This document shows, one piece after another, positions 11,701 through 22,634 of a stretch of 64,000 bases of DNA; positions within the stretch are counted from its first letter, which is position 1; each line of letters opens with the position of its first letter. The notes beneath the pieces are model-generated. The model ran no database searches. It worked only from the letters and a program-made list of their open reading frames with translations, and was not told where the DNA came from. Source of the stretch: Squalus acanthias (lineage: Eukaryota); NCBI GenBank assembly GCA_030390025.1, contig CM059433.1:28646001-28710000 (forward strand), written 5' to 3'. A program made the translations under genes and the position numbers.

Positions 11701-13050
11701 GGCGTTCTCTCTCCCCGCGATCTCTCTCCCCCGGCGATCTCTCTCCCCCTGCGATCTCTCTCCCCGCGTTCTCTCTCCCCGCGATCTCTCTCCCCCGGCG
11801 ATCTCTCTCCCCCTGCGATCTCTCTCCCCGTGTTCTCTCTCCCCCCTGCGTTCTCTCTCCCCGCGATCTCTCTCCCCCGGCGATCTCTCTCCCCCGGCGA
11901 TCTCTCTCCCCCTGCAATCTCTCTCTCCCCAATCTCTCTCCCTGCGTTCTCTCTCCCTGCGATCTCTCTCCCCCTGCGATCTCTCTCCCCGCGTTCTCTC
12001 TCCCCGCGATTTATCTCTCCTGGTGATCTCTCTCCCCTGCGAACTCTCTCCCCCGCGATCGCTCTCCCCCTGCGATCTCTCTCCCGCGATCTCTCTCCCC
12101 CTGCGATCTCTCCCCCGGCGATCTCTCTCCCCCTGCGATCTCTCTCCCCCGGCGATCTCTCCCCCGGCGATCTCTCTCCCCGCGATCTCTCTCCCCCGGC
12201 GATCTCTCTCCCCCGCGATCTCTCTCCCCCTGCGATCTCTCTCCCCCGGCGATCTCTCCCCCGGCGATCTCTCTCCCCGCGATCTCTCTCCCCCGGCGAT
12301 CTCTCTCCCCCGCGATCTCTCTCCCCGCGATCTCTCTCTCCCGGCGATCTCTCTCCCTGCGATCTCTCTCCCCCGGCGATCTCTCTCCCCCGGCGATCTC
12401 TCTCCCCCTGCGATCTCTCCCCCGGCGATCTCTCTCCCCCGCGATCTCACTCCCCGCGATCTCTCCCCCTGCGATCTCTCTCCCCGCGATCTCTCCCCGG
12501 CGATCTCTCTCCCCCGCGATCTCTCTCCCCGCGATCTCTCCCCCTGCGATCTCTCTCCCCGCGATCTCTCCCTGGCGATCTCTCCCCCGGCGATCTCTCT
12601 CCCCCGCGATCTCACTCCCCGCGATCTCTCCCCCTGCGATCTCTCTCCCGCGATCTCTCCCTGGCGATCTCTCTCCCCGCGATCTCCCTCCCCCGGCGAT
12701 CTCTCTCCCCCTGCGATCTCTCCCCCGGCGATTTCTCTCTCCCGGCGAACTCTCTCCCCACGATCTCTTCCCCGCGATCTCTTCCCCTGCGAACTCTCTC
12801 CCCCGCGATCTCTCTCCCCACGATCTCTTCCCCTGCGAACTCTCTCCCCCGCGATCTCTCTCCCCACGATCTCTTCCCCTGCGAACTCTCTCCCCCGCGA
12901 TCTCTGCCCCGCGAACTCTCTCCCGGCGATTGCTCTCCCCGTGATCTCTCTCCCCGCGATCTCTCTCCTGGCGATCTCTCCCTCTGCGATCTCTCTCCCG
13001 GTGATCTTTTCTCCTGTGAACTCTTCCCCCCCCCCACAACGTGATCTCTC
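8781..13050. repeat. CpG-rich polypyrimidine satellite, 13-19-bp units built as (C)n-GCGATC-(TC)n
   Basis: Directly visible. Rare variant units recur in the same order, which indicates higher-order repeats. Confidence 0.97.
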
Positions 13051-13553
13051 CTGCCCCCCACCCCCCTCTCCGGTCGGGAAATGGAGGAAAAATAATTCAA
13101 ATGCTGTCTTGCCGTTAAATTCGGGAGGACCTCCGCGTTCCCCATAGTTCCATGCCGCTAAAAGCCGGCCACCTCCCCGTAAATGGGGGGAGGGGAGGAA
13201 AGAACAAAAGGGAAGGTCTGTGATAGGGTGGAGGGCAGGAGAGATTAAATGACAAAAGGGAGGATGGTGCAGACAAAAGGGGGTGATAATGGGACAAGTA
13301 AAGAAACAAAGATGGGTCCAGAGGAGGTGTAAATGGTTACAGCAGAATAGCAGAGGGGGAGGGAAGCATAAAAATCTGGCAAAGAGGAGAAGGCTCCCGT
13401 GGCCCGGGAATGTGGGGGAGAAAGGTGTGAAGACCCCAGGGGTGCGAACCATCCCGCCGGACGTGTACAGGTAGGGGATCCCCACCCCAAATACCTCCTC
13501 CACTCCCAGTAGCTCTGTCCTTGCTTAAAGGCTGTTCGTCTCCAACATTTTCC

Positions 13554-13589
13554 AGTTCTGACGAAAGGTCTCGACCTGAAATGTTAACT
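13554..13589 (+). ncRNA. Hammerhead ribozyme motif, slightly degenerate
   Basis: AGUU-CUGACGA-AAGGUC-uc-GACCU-GAAA-UGUU-AACU, with a C to U change in stem III. Confidence 0.5.
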
Positions 13590-13844
13590 CTGTTTCTCTC
13601 TCCACAGATGCCGCCTGACCTGCTGAGTATTTCCAGCATTTCCTGTTCCTGATTTTCCCCATGATATTCGATCATCTTTAGCTCTAGCGTGAAGAATAGA
13701 GTCAATAATCAGGGTTACTCCCTCTGTTCATATTCCCCACAGACTTTTCCATTTAGAAGGAGAAACTATAGTTGATTTGGTTCCATGTACTGGTTTGGTA
13801 CCTCACATTTGGTTAACCTGGCAAGAACCTTATCACTTTCTTTG

Positions 13845-14078
13845 GTTTACCCAGAGAGTGGTGAGAATGTGGAACTCGCTACCACATGGAGTAGTTAAGG
13901 CAAATAGCATAGATGCATTTAAGAGAAAGCTAGATAAACACATGAGAGAGAAAGGAATAGAAGTTATGCTGATAGGGTGAGATGAAGGAGGGTGGGAGGA
14001 GGCTCGTGTGGAGCATAAACACCAGCATGGACATGTTGGGCCGAATGGCCTGTTTCTATGCTGTAAATTCTGTGTAAT
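13845..14078 (+). mobile_element. CR1 LINE 3' end
   Basis: [13 protein letters not shown]...DAFKRKLDKHM followed by 3' UTR. Confidence 0.85.
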
Positions 14079-14664
14079 ATTTGCTTAATTACAATGAAAA
14101 CCCAAACCTCCCTAAATCTCTCAGACCGCTGACTCAACTTCTGGTTGTCTCTTGTCGCCCACATCAGGGGGTATCTCTTCACTGAGATTACTGCAGATCT
14201 TGAGTATCAATATCTAACCAACAAATACTGAACATGTGGGAAGAGGAGCTTCCACCATCAGTTCATTGTTCTGGTATAGGAAACTTTGCCCCAAAAAGAA
14301 CGCTGTAAATTCTAGGTAACAATAAATACTTTCGTAAACTGCAAATCTTACAGAGTCATCGATAAATTAGTCTGCGTGGTAAATGGAAACTATGTGATGG
14401 AATCCAAGCATCAGATGTAGGAGTAAGTTAATCTGTTTCAGCATATTAATTTAACAATCCACAGCGCTGTAGTCCCCTTAACCAGTGGTATTGCAACAGG
14501 GAATAATGAAGATGCATCTTCATTTCCCTCTCTTCGTTCTATGCTTTTTGAGTTGAGTGTAGTCTTTTATCTGGACCCTGCCAAGGACAATGAATCCCAT
14601 AATAACAACAGAAAACGCTGGAAAAACTCAGCAGGCCAGGCAGCATCCGTGGAGAGAGAAAGAG

Positions 14665-14701
14665 AGTTAACGTTTCAGGTCGATGACCTTTCATCAGAAC
14701 T
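14665..14701 (-). ncRNA. Minimal hammerhead ribozyme motif, sense to the Penelope ORF
   Basis: AGUU-CUGAUGA-AAGGUC-auc-GACCU-GAAA-CGUU-AACU, intact core. Confidence 0.7.
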
Positions 14702-15310
14702 GGGAAGAGCCGGAAATCAAATAGATTTAAGGCCAGGGTAAAGCTGGGAAAAGGGGGAGGGGATAAAGGAACAAAGGAGGAGATGAAGAGACATTAAGAG
14801 ACATTAAGAGATATGCAAGGCTAGAGGTGGTGTTAATGTGACAGATTAAGGCTGAATGAAGTGTGAAATCCACTGGCAGAATGAAGGACAGCTGCCAGCT
14901 TCTAGGAGGAAAAAAAAGGTGGGGGGGACAAATAAAAGGGTGGATAAAATAAAATATAAATGTGATTGGAGCTGAGGTTATGATCTAAAATTGTTGAACT
15001 CGATATTGAGTCCAGAGGGCTGTAGCGTGCCTAAACGAAAGATGAGGTGCTGTTCCTCGAGCTTACGCTGAGCTTCCGTGGAACAGTGTAATAGGCCGAG
15101 GACGGTGAGGTCAGAGTGGGAGTGAAGCGGTGAATTAAAGTGACAGGCCACCGGGAGCTCGGGGTCCCCCTTACGGACTGAACGGAGGTGTTCCGCAAAG
15201 CGGTCACCCAATCTGCGTTTGGTCTCCCCAATGTAGAGGAGTCCACATCGTGAGCAGCGAATACAGTATACTGGCCTGGACTTAAATCTATTTGATTTCC
15301 GGCTCTTCCC

Positions 15311-15347
15311 AGTTCTGATGAAAGGTCATCGACCTGAAACGTTAACT
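15311..15347 (+). ncRNA. Minimal hammerhead ribozyme motif in the inverted pLTR
   Basis: Identical to 14665-14701, on the opposite strand. Confidence 0.7.
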
Positions 15348-15959
15348 CTCTTTCTCTCTCCACGGATGCTGCCTGGCCTGCTGAGTTTTTCCAGCGTTTT
15401 CTGTTGTTATTTCGGATTTCCAGCATCCGCAGTATTTTGCTATCGTACAATGAATCCCATATTCAATTAGACTGGTGCTAGCCACCAATGGAAATGATTA
15501 CATCCATGCATAGCTAGCATGCATGAATTGCTGTGCTATGGGAATGAAATCCCTTTCCTCACTCATCTTGCAAGATATTAAAAAAAGCAGCACAGCAAAC
15601 AACATTTTGGTGAACTGAGACTATAACGTCTGTGTTTTAAGTCAAATTCAACAGATACTGTGCATACTTTTACAGCACGTGGTGGGATGGTTTTAAATGA
15701 CGTCAAGAAGATCAATACTGTAGAGGAGCCACCATACAAAAGAGAAGAGAAGATATAGACTGTGAACTGCGTGCGATAAATGGTGGAACAAAATTGGCAT
15801 TCATTAAATGGCCATTAAGGCATTACTATGGAGCCTCTAATGTCACAGTGAGGTCGCTTGAACGGGAGTTCATACACTGTAAATATCAGGTATGTCCAAA
15901 CCTAGGAGGTGTGGAAGATTAAACCAGGCGGCCACTGAGGAGTAGAGGTATAAATACCT

Positions 15960-16675
15960 CGAGGTTGAGTTTCCGCTTGTTCCAGTAGTTATATCAACGC
16001 AATCCGAGTGCAAAAGATCGGGCAATTTTAAGCGTAAGTGAGTTACTCCCAAAACCACTTACTTTAGAGTTTTCTGCATTCTTTTACACTGGTTCAAGAT
16101 TGAATTCACCCGGATCAGGCCCCGCCCACAAAACTGGTCACACTCCCAGGTTGGAACTGCGGGATTCCACTGATTGGGCTGGTTCGGGAAGGTTCCTCAC
16201 ATTGCGCTCATTTTCTTTGGTGCACAGACACTAGTAGGCACGTTTAAAAGTTTTTTCATATCACAAAATATTTAATTTACTAAGAAACTGTACACCAATG
16301 AAACAACTAAATGGTTCAGTATAGTTTTACGTCATTTTCAGTGATTTTAAATCACGTTACTCCCAGATGGAGGTCTGCACACCCTTATGAAAAATGCTTA
16401 TTTTTGGTGATAAACCCATTTTCAGCTGTATTAAAAAAACGGCACCAGGTTACCGCTCTTAAATACCTCAAGGAATATTTTTTAATGGAAAGGAAAAAAA
16501 AAGAAACAATTGCATCCTATTACGCTGCCCGATTGCGCTGGTCCATGGAAGATTTTTCGTTTGTGATTCTGCAAATGAATTTTAGCAGAAACCTGAAGCC
16601 TAATCTAACAAGCGCAATTTCAAGCACATTTTGGGTGCAAGTTCCTGATTGCGCCTAAAGCGAAACTCTACACCC
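15960..16675. mobile_element. MITE, same family as 19975-20722
   Basis: Ends gagtttccgc / gaaactctacaccc; shares internal blocks (ggccccgcccacaaaactgg, tatttttggtgataaacccattttcagctgtatt) with the second copy. Confidence 0.75.
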
Positions 16676-16756
16676 CCCGCCCTGTGTTTTACTTGGGGTG
16701 GGAAAGCTACCTTTTAACGTTAAAACTACACAATCAGACAGTTGCAATTTTAAAGA

Positions 16757-17080
16757 CTAAAAAGACTTGCATTTGCTATAGCGCCTTTCATGACCTCAGG
16801 ACGTCCCAAAGCGCTTTACAGCCAATGAAGTACTTTTTGAAGTGTAGTCACTGCTGTAATGTAGGAAATGCGGCAGGCAATTTGCGCACAGCAAGCTCCC
16901 GCAAACAGCAATGTGATAATGACCAGATCATCTGTTTTTGTTATGTTGATTGAGGGATACATATTGGCCAGGACACCGGGGAGAACTCCCTGCTCTTTTT
17001 TGAATTAGTGCCATGCGATCTTTTACGTCCACCTGAGAGAACAGACAGGTCCTCGGTTTACCATCTCATCCGAAAGACGG
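16757..17080 (-). mobile_element. 5'-truncated SacSINE1-like SINE
   Basis: Matches 612-945. Confidence 0.85.
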
Positions 17081-18844
17081 ATCTGACAATCTACTGTACA
17101 GTCAAATCTATTAAGCACTTAACATGCCTAAATTAAAACTGTCGCAGGATAAAATGTAGAGGAGAAATCTGTTTTGTTCCTTTTGACGAAGAATACACTC
17201 TTGTTGCTGGTATTATGCAATTTAGAAGATTAAAACAGAAAGAGATGTAGTTCTTATAAAATAATTAGCATTCGTCGAAGTTAACACTGGCACCTCTTTA
17301 ATTAAAAAGAGAAAGCTTACAAACTCTAATAGATACAAACTGCGGATGGACTTGCGATCCGACTGATCACATGGGAGTTTTTTGAACCCTGAACTCGGCA
17401 TTGCATTGCCTACCTGAACCTTAATGCTTGTCCTGCTTTTTCCTGGTTAACCTACTACCAGACACCTGGAAAGGAACAAACAGAGGAACAAGCTTCAGCG
17501 GTGGGAAAAGACAATGGTTGCACTTCAAATGTAACAGACTTGAAAACAGAACCGTTAACCCTTAATGCAAAAAAAAATACGCTACTAAATAAACCTTAGC
17601 ATGCAAGTCCAGCTGCAAGACACTTGTTTGCACAAGCTGTATAATCTGCTTGCATTTTTGTTACTATGAAAAAAGTAAACCAATCGCAAGGACACAAATG
17701 CCATTGTTTCAATATTTAACAAAAACTACAGTATATAAGGATCAATAGCGCTTTTGATTAACCTGAAAAAATGATTGTACTGTAATTGGCTTCTGGTTTC
17801 CCTTTTACGATGCAGTTTACACAATTGAGGTTTTAGCAAGAGTTGCATGACAATTATTGGTCATTTTAGTCTTGTTTATAGGAAGCAGGGTTATATATTG
17901 AAAAGAAACAATGACGTGGTCATTAGTTATTGCTAATTAGCCGTTTTAATAACCTATAATTCCTACGTTTGTTTATCACATTTTGGAAGGTTTACTTTTT
18001 TAACTGACAGTAACTGCGTCATTTGTAAATATTTAAAATAACTGTTGCATACGCAGCAAAATTATAGAGTTACTATTAGTGTTACCTTGTATTTGCAGGG
18101 TGTTTAACGTTTAGTCATCCTTTGAGTCCTGCGATATATTCTCTTAATAATCAGCCATCATGTCTGATTGCCTCAAAAAGAAATATCAGCCCCTCTAAAT
18201 TGCTTTCACGAACGGTGAAATTCAGATACATTAGCACTGGAAATTACAAATAAAGGTTTTTTAAAGGTGAATGTCAAACAATTGGGCAGTGACACTGATG
18301 ATTTTCCAGGTAAAGACAATTAATATCATCTCAATAATGCATTAAATGCCCTCTTTTGAGTGAAGACAAGAATGGGTTTCCATGTAATACGCACATGTTG
18401 ATGGGATATTTAATGTGTAGGAAAATTCAACGGTCCGAGAGCTAGGCATTTAGACAGTCTATAGTGGGAAGAGATCTTACCTCATTAATCTCCGTTACAT
18501 TGTCATGGGAGACATGCTAACACAAACAAGTCAATTAAGAGTTTTGCGTTTAGTAAGATCAAGCTTATTGGATAGTTTAAAATCCATTTATTGCTCTAAC
18601 ATTTTCTGCATTAAAGTTTACTAAAGATGAGTCAAGTAAACAGGTTAGCATGTTAACTTCTTTTTAAAGTTATTTACATCCACTCGGTGTTAATACAGCT
18701 TTTATATTCTTACACAATGTAAAGTTCTTAAAAACCAACTAAGGGTTCGTTTTGGTTTATATTGTAGCAAACAGTTTAGGCATTTCCTGCAGAACAAAAG
18801 AGGCAGACATTTAAGAACTAGAATAAAATAATTCCAAATTTTAG

Positions 18845-19533
18845 TTCTTTACAAAAGAGTTCAGCTTTATTGACAGATTATGGCAAAATGTATTTGACAA
18901 ATTAAAGTCACCTATTTAGATAAGCTTACACATGGAACTTTATGCAATTTTATTACCACATACAGGTTAAAACACCGAACAGATCACTTTAATAGAGTTA
19001 GCTACATACATAGCTGATTGTTTTCAAATCCATTAAACATCATTTTTTTAAAAATTAAATTTTACAAATTAAATATTGAACATCTTAAACTGACAAATAT
19101 TAAAAGACAGTTTAAAACAACTTATCTACAGCTTGTTTATCACCTATTTCAAAAGAAAAATCTTGTTACAGTCTTCCATTACCCCTAAACAAGCATTCAC
19201 CTTTAACTGGTGGGCTTGGAAACTTAAAACTTGTCACCAGTTCATGCTAGTTGAACATACTTCTACACACAGAACAATGAAAAAACAATGAAAAGGAACA
19301 GCATCCTTGTTGCATGGTCTGTGGACTGACGTGTCCATTCTATGAGCTACTGTCATAAAATAATGCCGACTTCTCATCAAACTTTTAGGAAATAGGAGTG
19401 TACAAGGGTACCCAAGAGAAGCTATCCCTAGGCAAGAAAATAAATGAACTATTACTTGTCTGTAGTTGTTTATATGATGACCACAGGACACTCATGTAGT
19501 CATTGTGCTGAGGTCATGGGACAAGGGCTGCCT
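18845..19533 (-). other. KHDRBS2: Probable 3' UTR of the KHDRBS gene (distal end approximate)
   Basis: AT-rich, TE-free sequence after the stop codon, with AATAAA on the minus strand at 18949-18954 and 18866-18871. Confidence 0.6.
18866..18871 (-). promoter_or_regulatory. Candidate polyadenylation signal AATAAA
   Basis: Canonical hexamer about 660 nt after the stop; alternatives at 18949-18954 and 18587-18592. Confidence 0.45.
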
Positions 19534-19628
19534 TCAATATCTACCATAGGGGTGTTCTCTGTAGGTCCCTCTTGACCTCGGGATTGGTGCCTTTAAGCTC
19601 GGTCGGCACGCAACCCACTCTTCTTGAC
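19534..19628 (-). CDS. KHDRBS2: Terminal coding exon of a KH-domain STAR-family RNA-binding protein (SLM-1-like)
   Basis: Acceptor ttttcttttctgttcccaag, phase 1; translates (G)QEEWVACRPSLKAPIPRSRGTYREHPYGRY*. The SLKAP...YREHPYGRY tail (nuclear localisation signal) fits KHDRBS2 or KHDRBS1 rather than KHDRBS3 (YRDQPYGRY). Family is certain, paralogue less so. Confidence 0.88.
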
Positions 19629-19974
19629 CTTGGGAACAGAAAAGAAAATGTAAGTCCCGATTGAAAATGAAAACTCAGTGAAACACGGTTATTCCAGGGG
19701 TTGATGCAACATTTGAGTTCATCGGTCACATCTGTACGAGTGTCATTGCTTAATGGCTGAAGGGGGAAAAAGTATTTCAAGATGGTAGAGAATTGTTCTC
19801 TGGGAGAAGGTTTGTTAATAGTTTTCTCAGCGACCACGAAGAGTTTTGATAACCCATCTGCAGAATAAGCAACGGTCAGGGTATTAAGGCGTCAATAAGT
19901 TCGTTGTCGAGGTGCTTAGGCAAAGTAGATGCTTTGAAGCCTATAATGGCAACAAAGAGCAAATTAGAAATCTA

Positions 19975-20722
19975 GGCTTGGAGTTTCCGCTCGGTTTTTT
20001 TCGGCACAATTTGCCCGAAATCGGCATAACCAGTGCAAAAGATTTCAGAATTTTAAGTGCAAATTACGCTCAGTGCAACTCGAGTTTCTGTGATCTTTTG
20101 CGCTCGTTTAAAAATATCATGCCAGAAGCTGGCCCCGCCCACAAAACTGGCCAGTCCCCCAGACCGAATGAATCACCATTGGGAGTTTCCGCTAATTGTG
20201 CTCGTTTGTGGGCCTTCGAGGAGGCTCCAAAAATTAAGCTGGATCTTTTAGATGCAAGGACACGAATAGGCACGTTTTAAAGATTTTGAATTTATATATA
20301 TTTTTTAAATTTACTAAGAAACTGACTACTGCACCCCAGTATAACTGGCAAATGGTTCTGTATAGTTTTTAAAAAAGTCATTTTCAGCTATTGAAAATCG
20401 GGTCACTCACAGGTGGTGGATCGACACTCTGATTAAAATGCTTATTTTTGGTGATAAACCCATTTTCAGCTGTATTAATAAAACTGTACCAGGTTACCAC
20501 TCTTAAATACATCAAGGAATATTTTTTAAAGCAAAATTAAAACAAAAATTACGTTCTAAAATGCTGCCCGATTGCGCTGGTTCATGGAAGATTTTACGTT
20601 AGGCGATATGCAAATGAGGTTGAGCGGAAACTCGAGAAAAAAATACTTCTTAAAACCAGCACAATTTTGGGTGCAATTTGCGCCTGGATTGCCGATTGCG
20701 CGCAAGGTGGAAACTCTACACC
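19975..20722. mobile_element. MITE with 3-bp TSD (Harbinger-like)
   Basis: TIRs GGCTTGGAGTTTCC / GGTGTAGAGTTTCC; cta on both flanks (19972-19974, 20723-20725). Confidence 0.78.
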
Positions 20723-20947
20723 CTACTGTTGGTGGCATTGAGATATCTGAGAGCCCTGGGCTGTTCTACCCACTTCTCCCCAATGTCAGTGCCTTAAACG
20801 TTAGGAGAAAGGGCTGTGATGTGGGAATCATTCTCACTGGGACTGTCCAGATAGAAAGAATGATTGTCAGTTTTCAGTGCTGCCTTCTCAGTATAGAGTG
20901 GAGTGGAAAAATCCTCTTATCTTTCTGAGGACTGAGTTTTGCCTATG

Positions 20948-21462
20948 CTCTCTCTCTCTCTCCTTCTCTCCCTCCTTCTCTCTCTCTCCTTCTCTCTGGT
21001 TCTCTCCTTCTCTCTCTCTCTTTCTCTCTGATTCTCTCCCTCTCTCTCTCCTTCTCTCTGGTTCTCTCCTTTTCTCTGATTTTCTCCTCTCTCTCTTTCT
21101 CTCTCTCTCCTCTCTCTCTCTTTCTCTCTCATTCTCTCCCTCTCTCTCCTTCTCTCTCTCTTCCTCTCTCTCTCCTTCTCTCTGGTTCTCTCCCTCTCTC
21201 TCTCTTTCTCTCTGATTCTCTCCCTCTCTCTCTTTTTCTCTGATTCTCTCCCTCTCTCTCTCATTCTCTCTGGTTCTCTCCCTCTCTCCGATTCTCTCCG
21301 ATTCTCTCCTTCTCTCTGATTCTCTCCTTCTCTCTCTTCTTCTCTCTGATTCCCTCCTTCTCTCTCTTCTCTCTGATTCTCTCCTTCTCTCTCTCTCTGG
21401 TTCTCTCTCTCTCTCTCTCCTTCTCTCTGTCTCCTTCTCTCTGGTTCTCTCCTCACTGGTTC
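20948..21462. repeat. (TC)n-rich polypyrimidine simple repeat
   Basis: Directly visible; (TC)n punctuated by tgat/tggt. Confidence 0.95.
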
Positions 21463-21920
21463 TCCAGCTATTCCCAGGTGTAGTAAAATTTAAACTGCTT
21501 GTTTCATTTACATAAAGGGCAGATTGTGTCTTTGAACTAAAGCTCCAATTGACCTGATTTAATTCACAGCTTTATTTCTTTGATTTTCAAAAACAAGTTG
21601 ACTTGTTAATTATGAAGATTTACGTGCTTGATACAGATGTGTAAAGTGCTGTCATCAACCACAGGATGATTCGGATAGTCATCACTGAGTTTATAACATC
21701 TGGTCTCATACTGTTAATTAGATATTTGTATAAAGTACTGCCAAGTGAGTCCGGGAATGTCTACATCACGGATCTAGAGAAATGTTGTTTAAGGTTTAAA
21801 AGCAGGCCATCTGATGCAGCATTCAACGTGTATGTAACTTGTATGTGTTTTTACAACATTCTTATTAAGAAAATGTAATTACTTGAAGATGCATATTGGT
21901 GTCATGTTCAATGATATGTA

Positions 21921-22303
21921 CGACAACAAATTGCATTTATACAGTGCCTTTAGTGTAATAAAAACGTCCCAAAGTGCTTCACAGGAGCGTTATCAAACAA
22001 AATTTGACACCGAGCCAGATAAAGAGATATTAGGACAAGTGACCAAAAGCTTGGTCAAAGAGGTAGGTTTTAAGGAGCGACTTAAAGGAGGAGAGAGAGG
22101 TGGAGAGGCAGAGAGGTTTAGGGAGGGAATTCCTGAGCTTAGGGCCTAGGCAGCTGAAGGCATGGCCGCCAATGGTTGAGCGATGAAAATTGGGAATGTG
22201 CAAGAGATTGGAAATGGAGGAGAACAGAGTTCCAGAAGGGCTGTAGGGCCGAAGGATGTTACAGAGGTAGGGAGAAGGTGAGGCCATGGAGGAACTTGAA
22301 CAC
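21921..22303 (-). mobile_element. L2 LINE 3' end
   Basis: STIGGHAFSCLGPKL...KTYLFDQAF plus L2 tail. Confidence 0.85.
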
Positions 22304-22634
22304 AAGTCCTGCAACAAATAGTTTTCTTGTTAGTAATTTAAGATGTTATTGTACTTCAAATGTATTTATTTTAGTTAATCTGCCTTGCTCAACAATGGGC
22401 ACAGCAGAACCTGCTGACAGCAAAGAGGCCTAAGCATGTTTCTTGTTTGAGCTTGATGTCTACATGAGCCTGTGGATTGATAGCACTGACCCACTATTCT
22501 GGGTCTTAGTGAACTACTGTTGTTTTACCCAGCTACGTGCAGCACTCCATCCAGACCTTCATTTAATACTGAAAATAAGAAAGTATGCCACAACAAATTA
22601 GGCGATTTAACCCATTAAATATGCTTTATTTAAT

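Larger units (their letters stand above)
8342..13651. mobile_element. Composite insertion bounded by inverted Penelope pLTR arms
   Basis: pLTR arm 8342-8419, Penelope 3' UTR-like piece about 13186-13330, inverted pLTR about 13500-13651; direct repeat attttcccca at 8332-8341 and 13652-13661. Confidence 0.55.
14602..15446 (-). mobile_element. 5'-truncated Penelope-like retroelement with inverted pLTR
   Basis: GIY-YIG endonuclease C-terminus (YIGETKRRLGDRFAEHLRSV...LEEQHLIFRLGTLQPSGLN) ends at 14978. Near-perfect inverted repeat of about 137 bp at 14601-14737 / 15275-15411. 15-bp TSD acaatgaatcccata at 14587-14601 and 15447-15461. Confidence 0.9.

Noticed and set aside
8609..13503. ORFs of 500-1249 aa on both strands (SLP-rich or RGE-rich)
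   Set aside because: Translations of a stop-poor satellite, open in several frames at once, with no domain or splice context
20877..21456. SL-rich and RE-rich ORFs
   Set aside because: Translations of the (TC)n simple repeat
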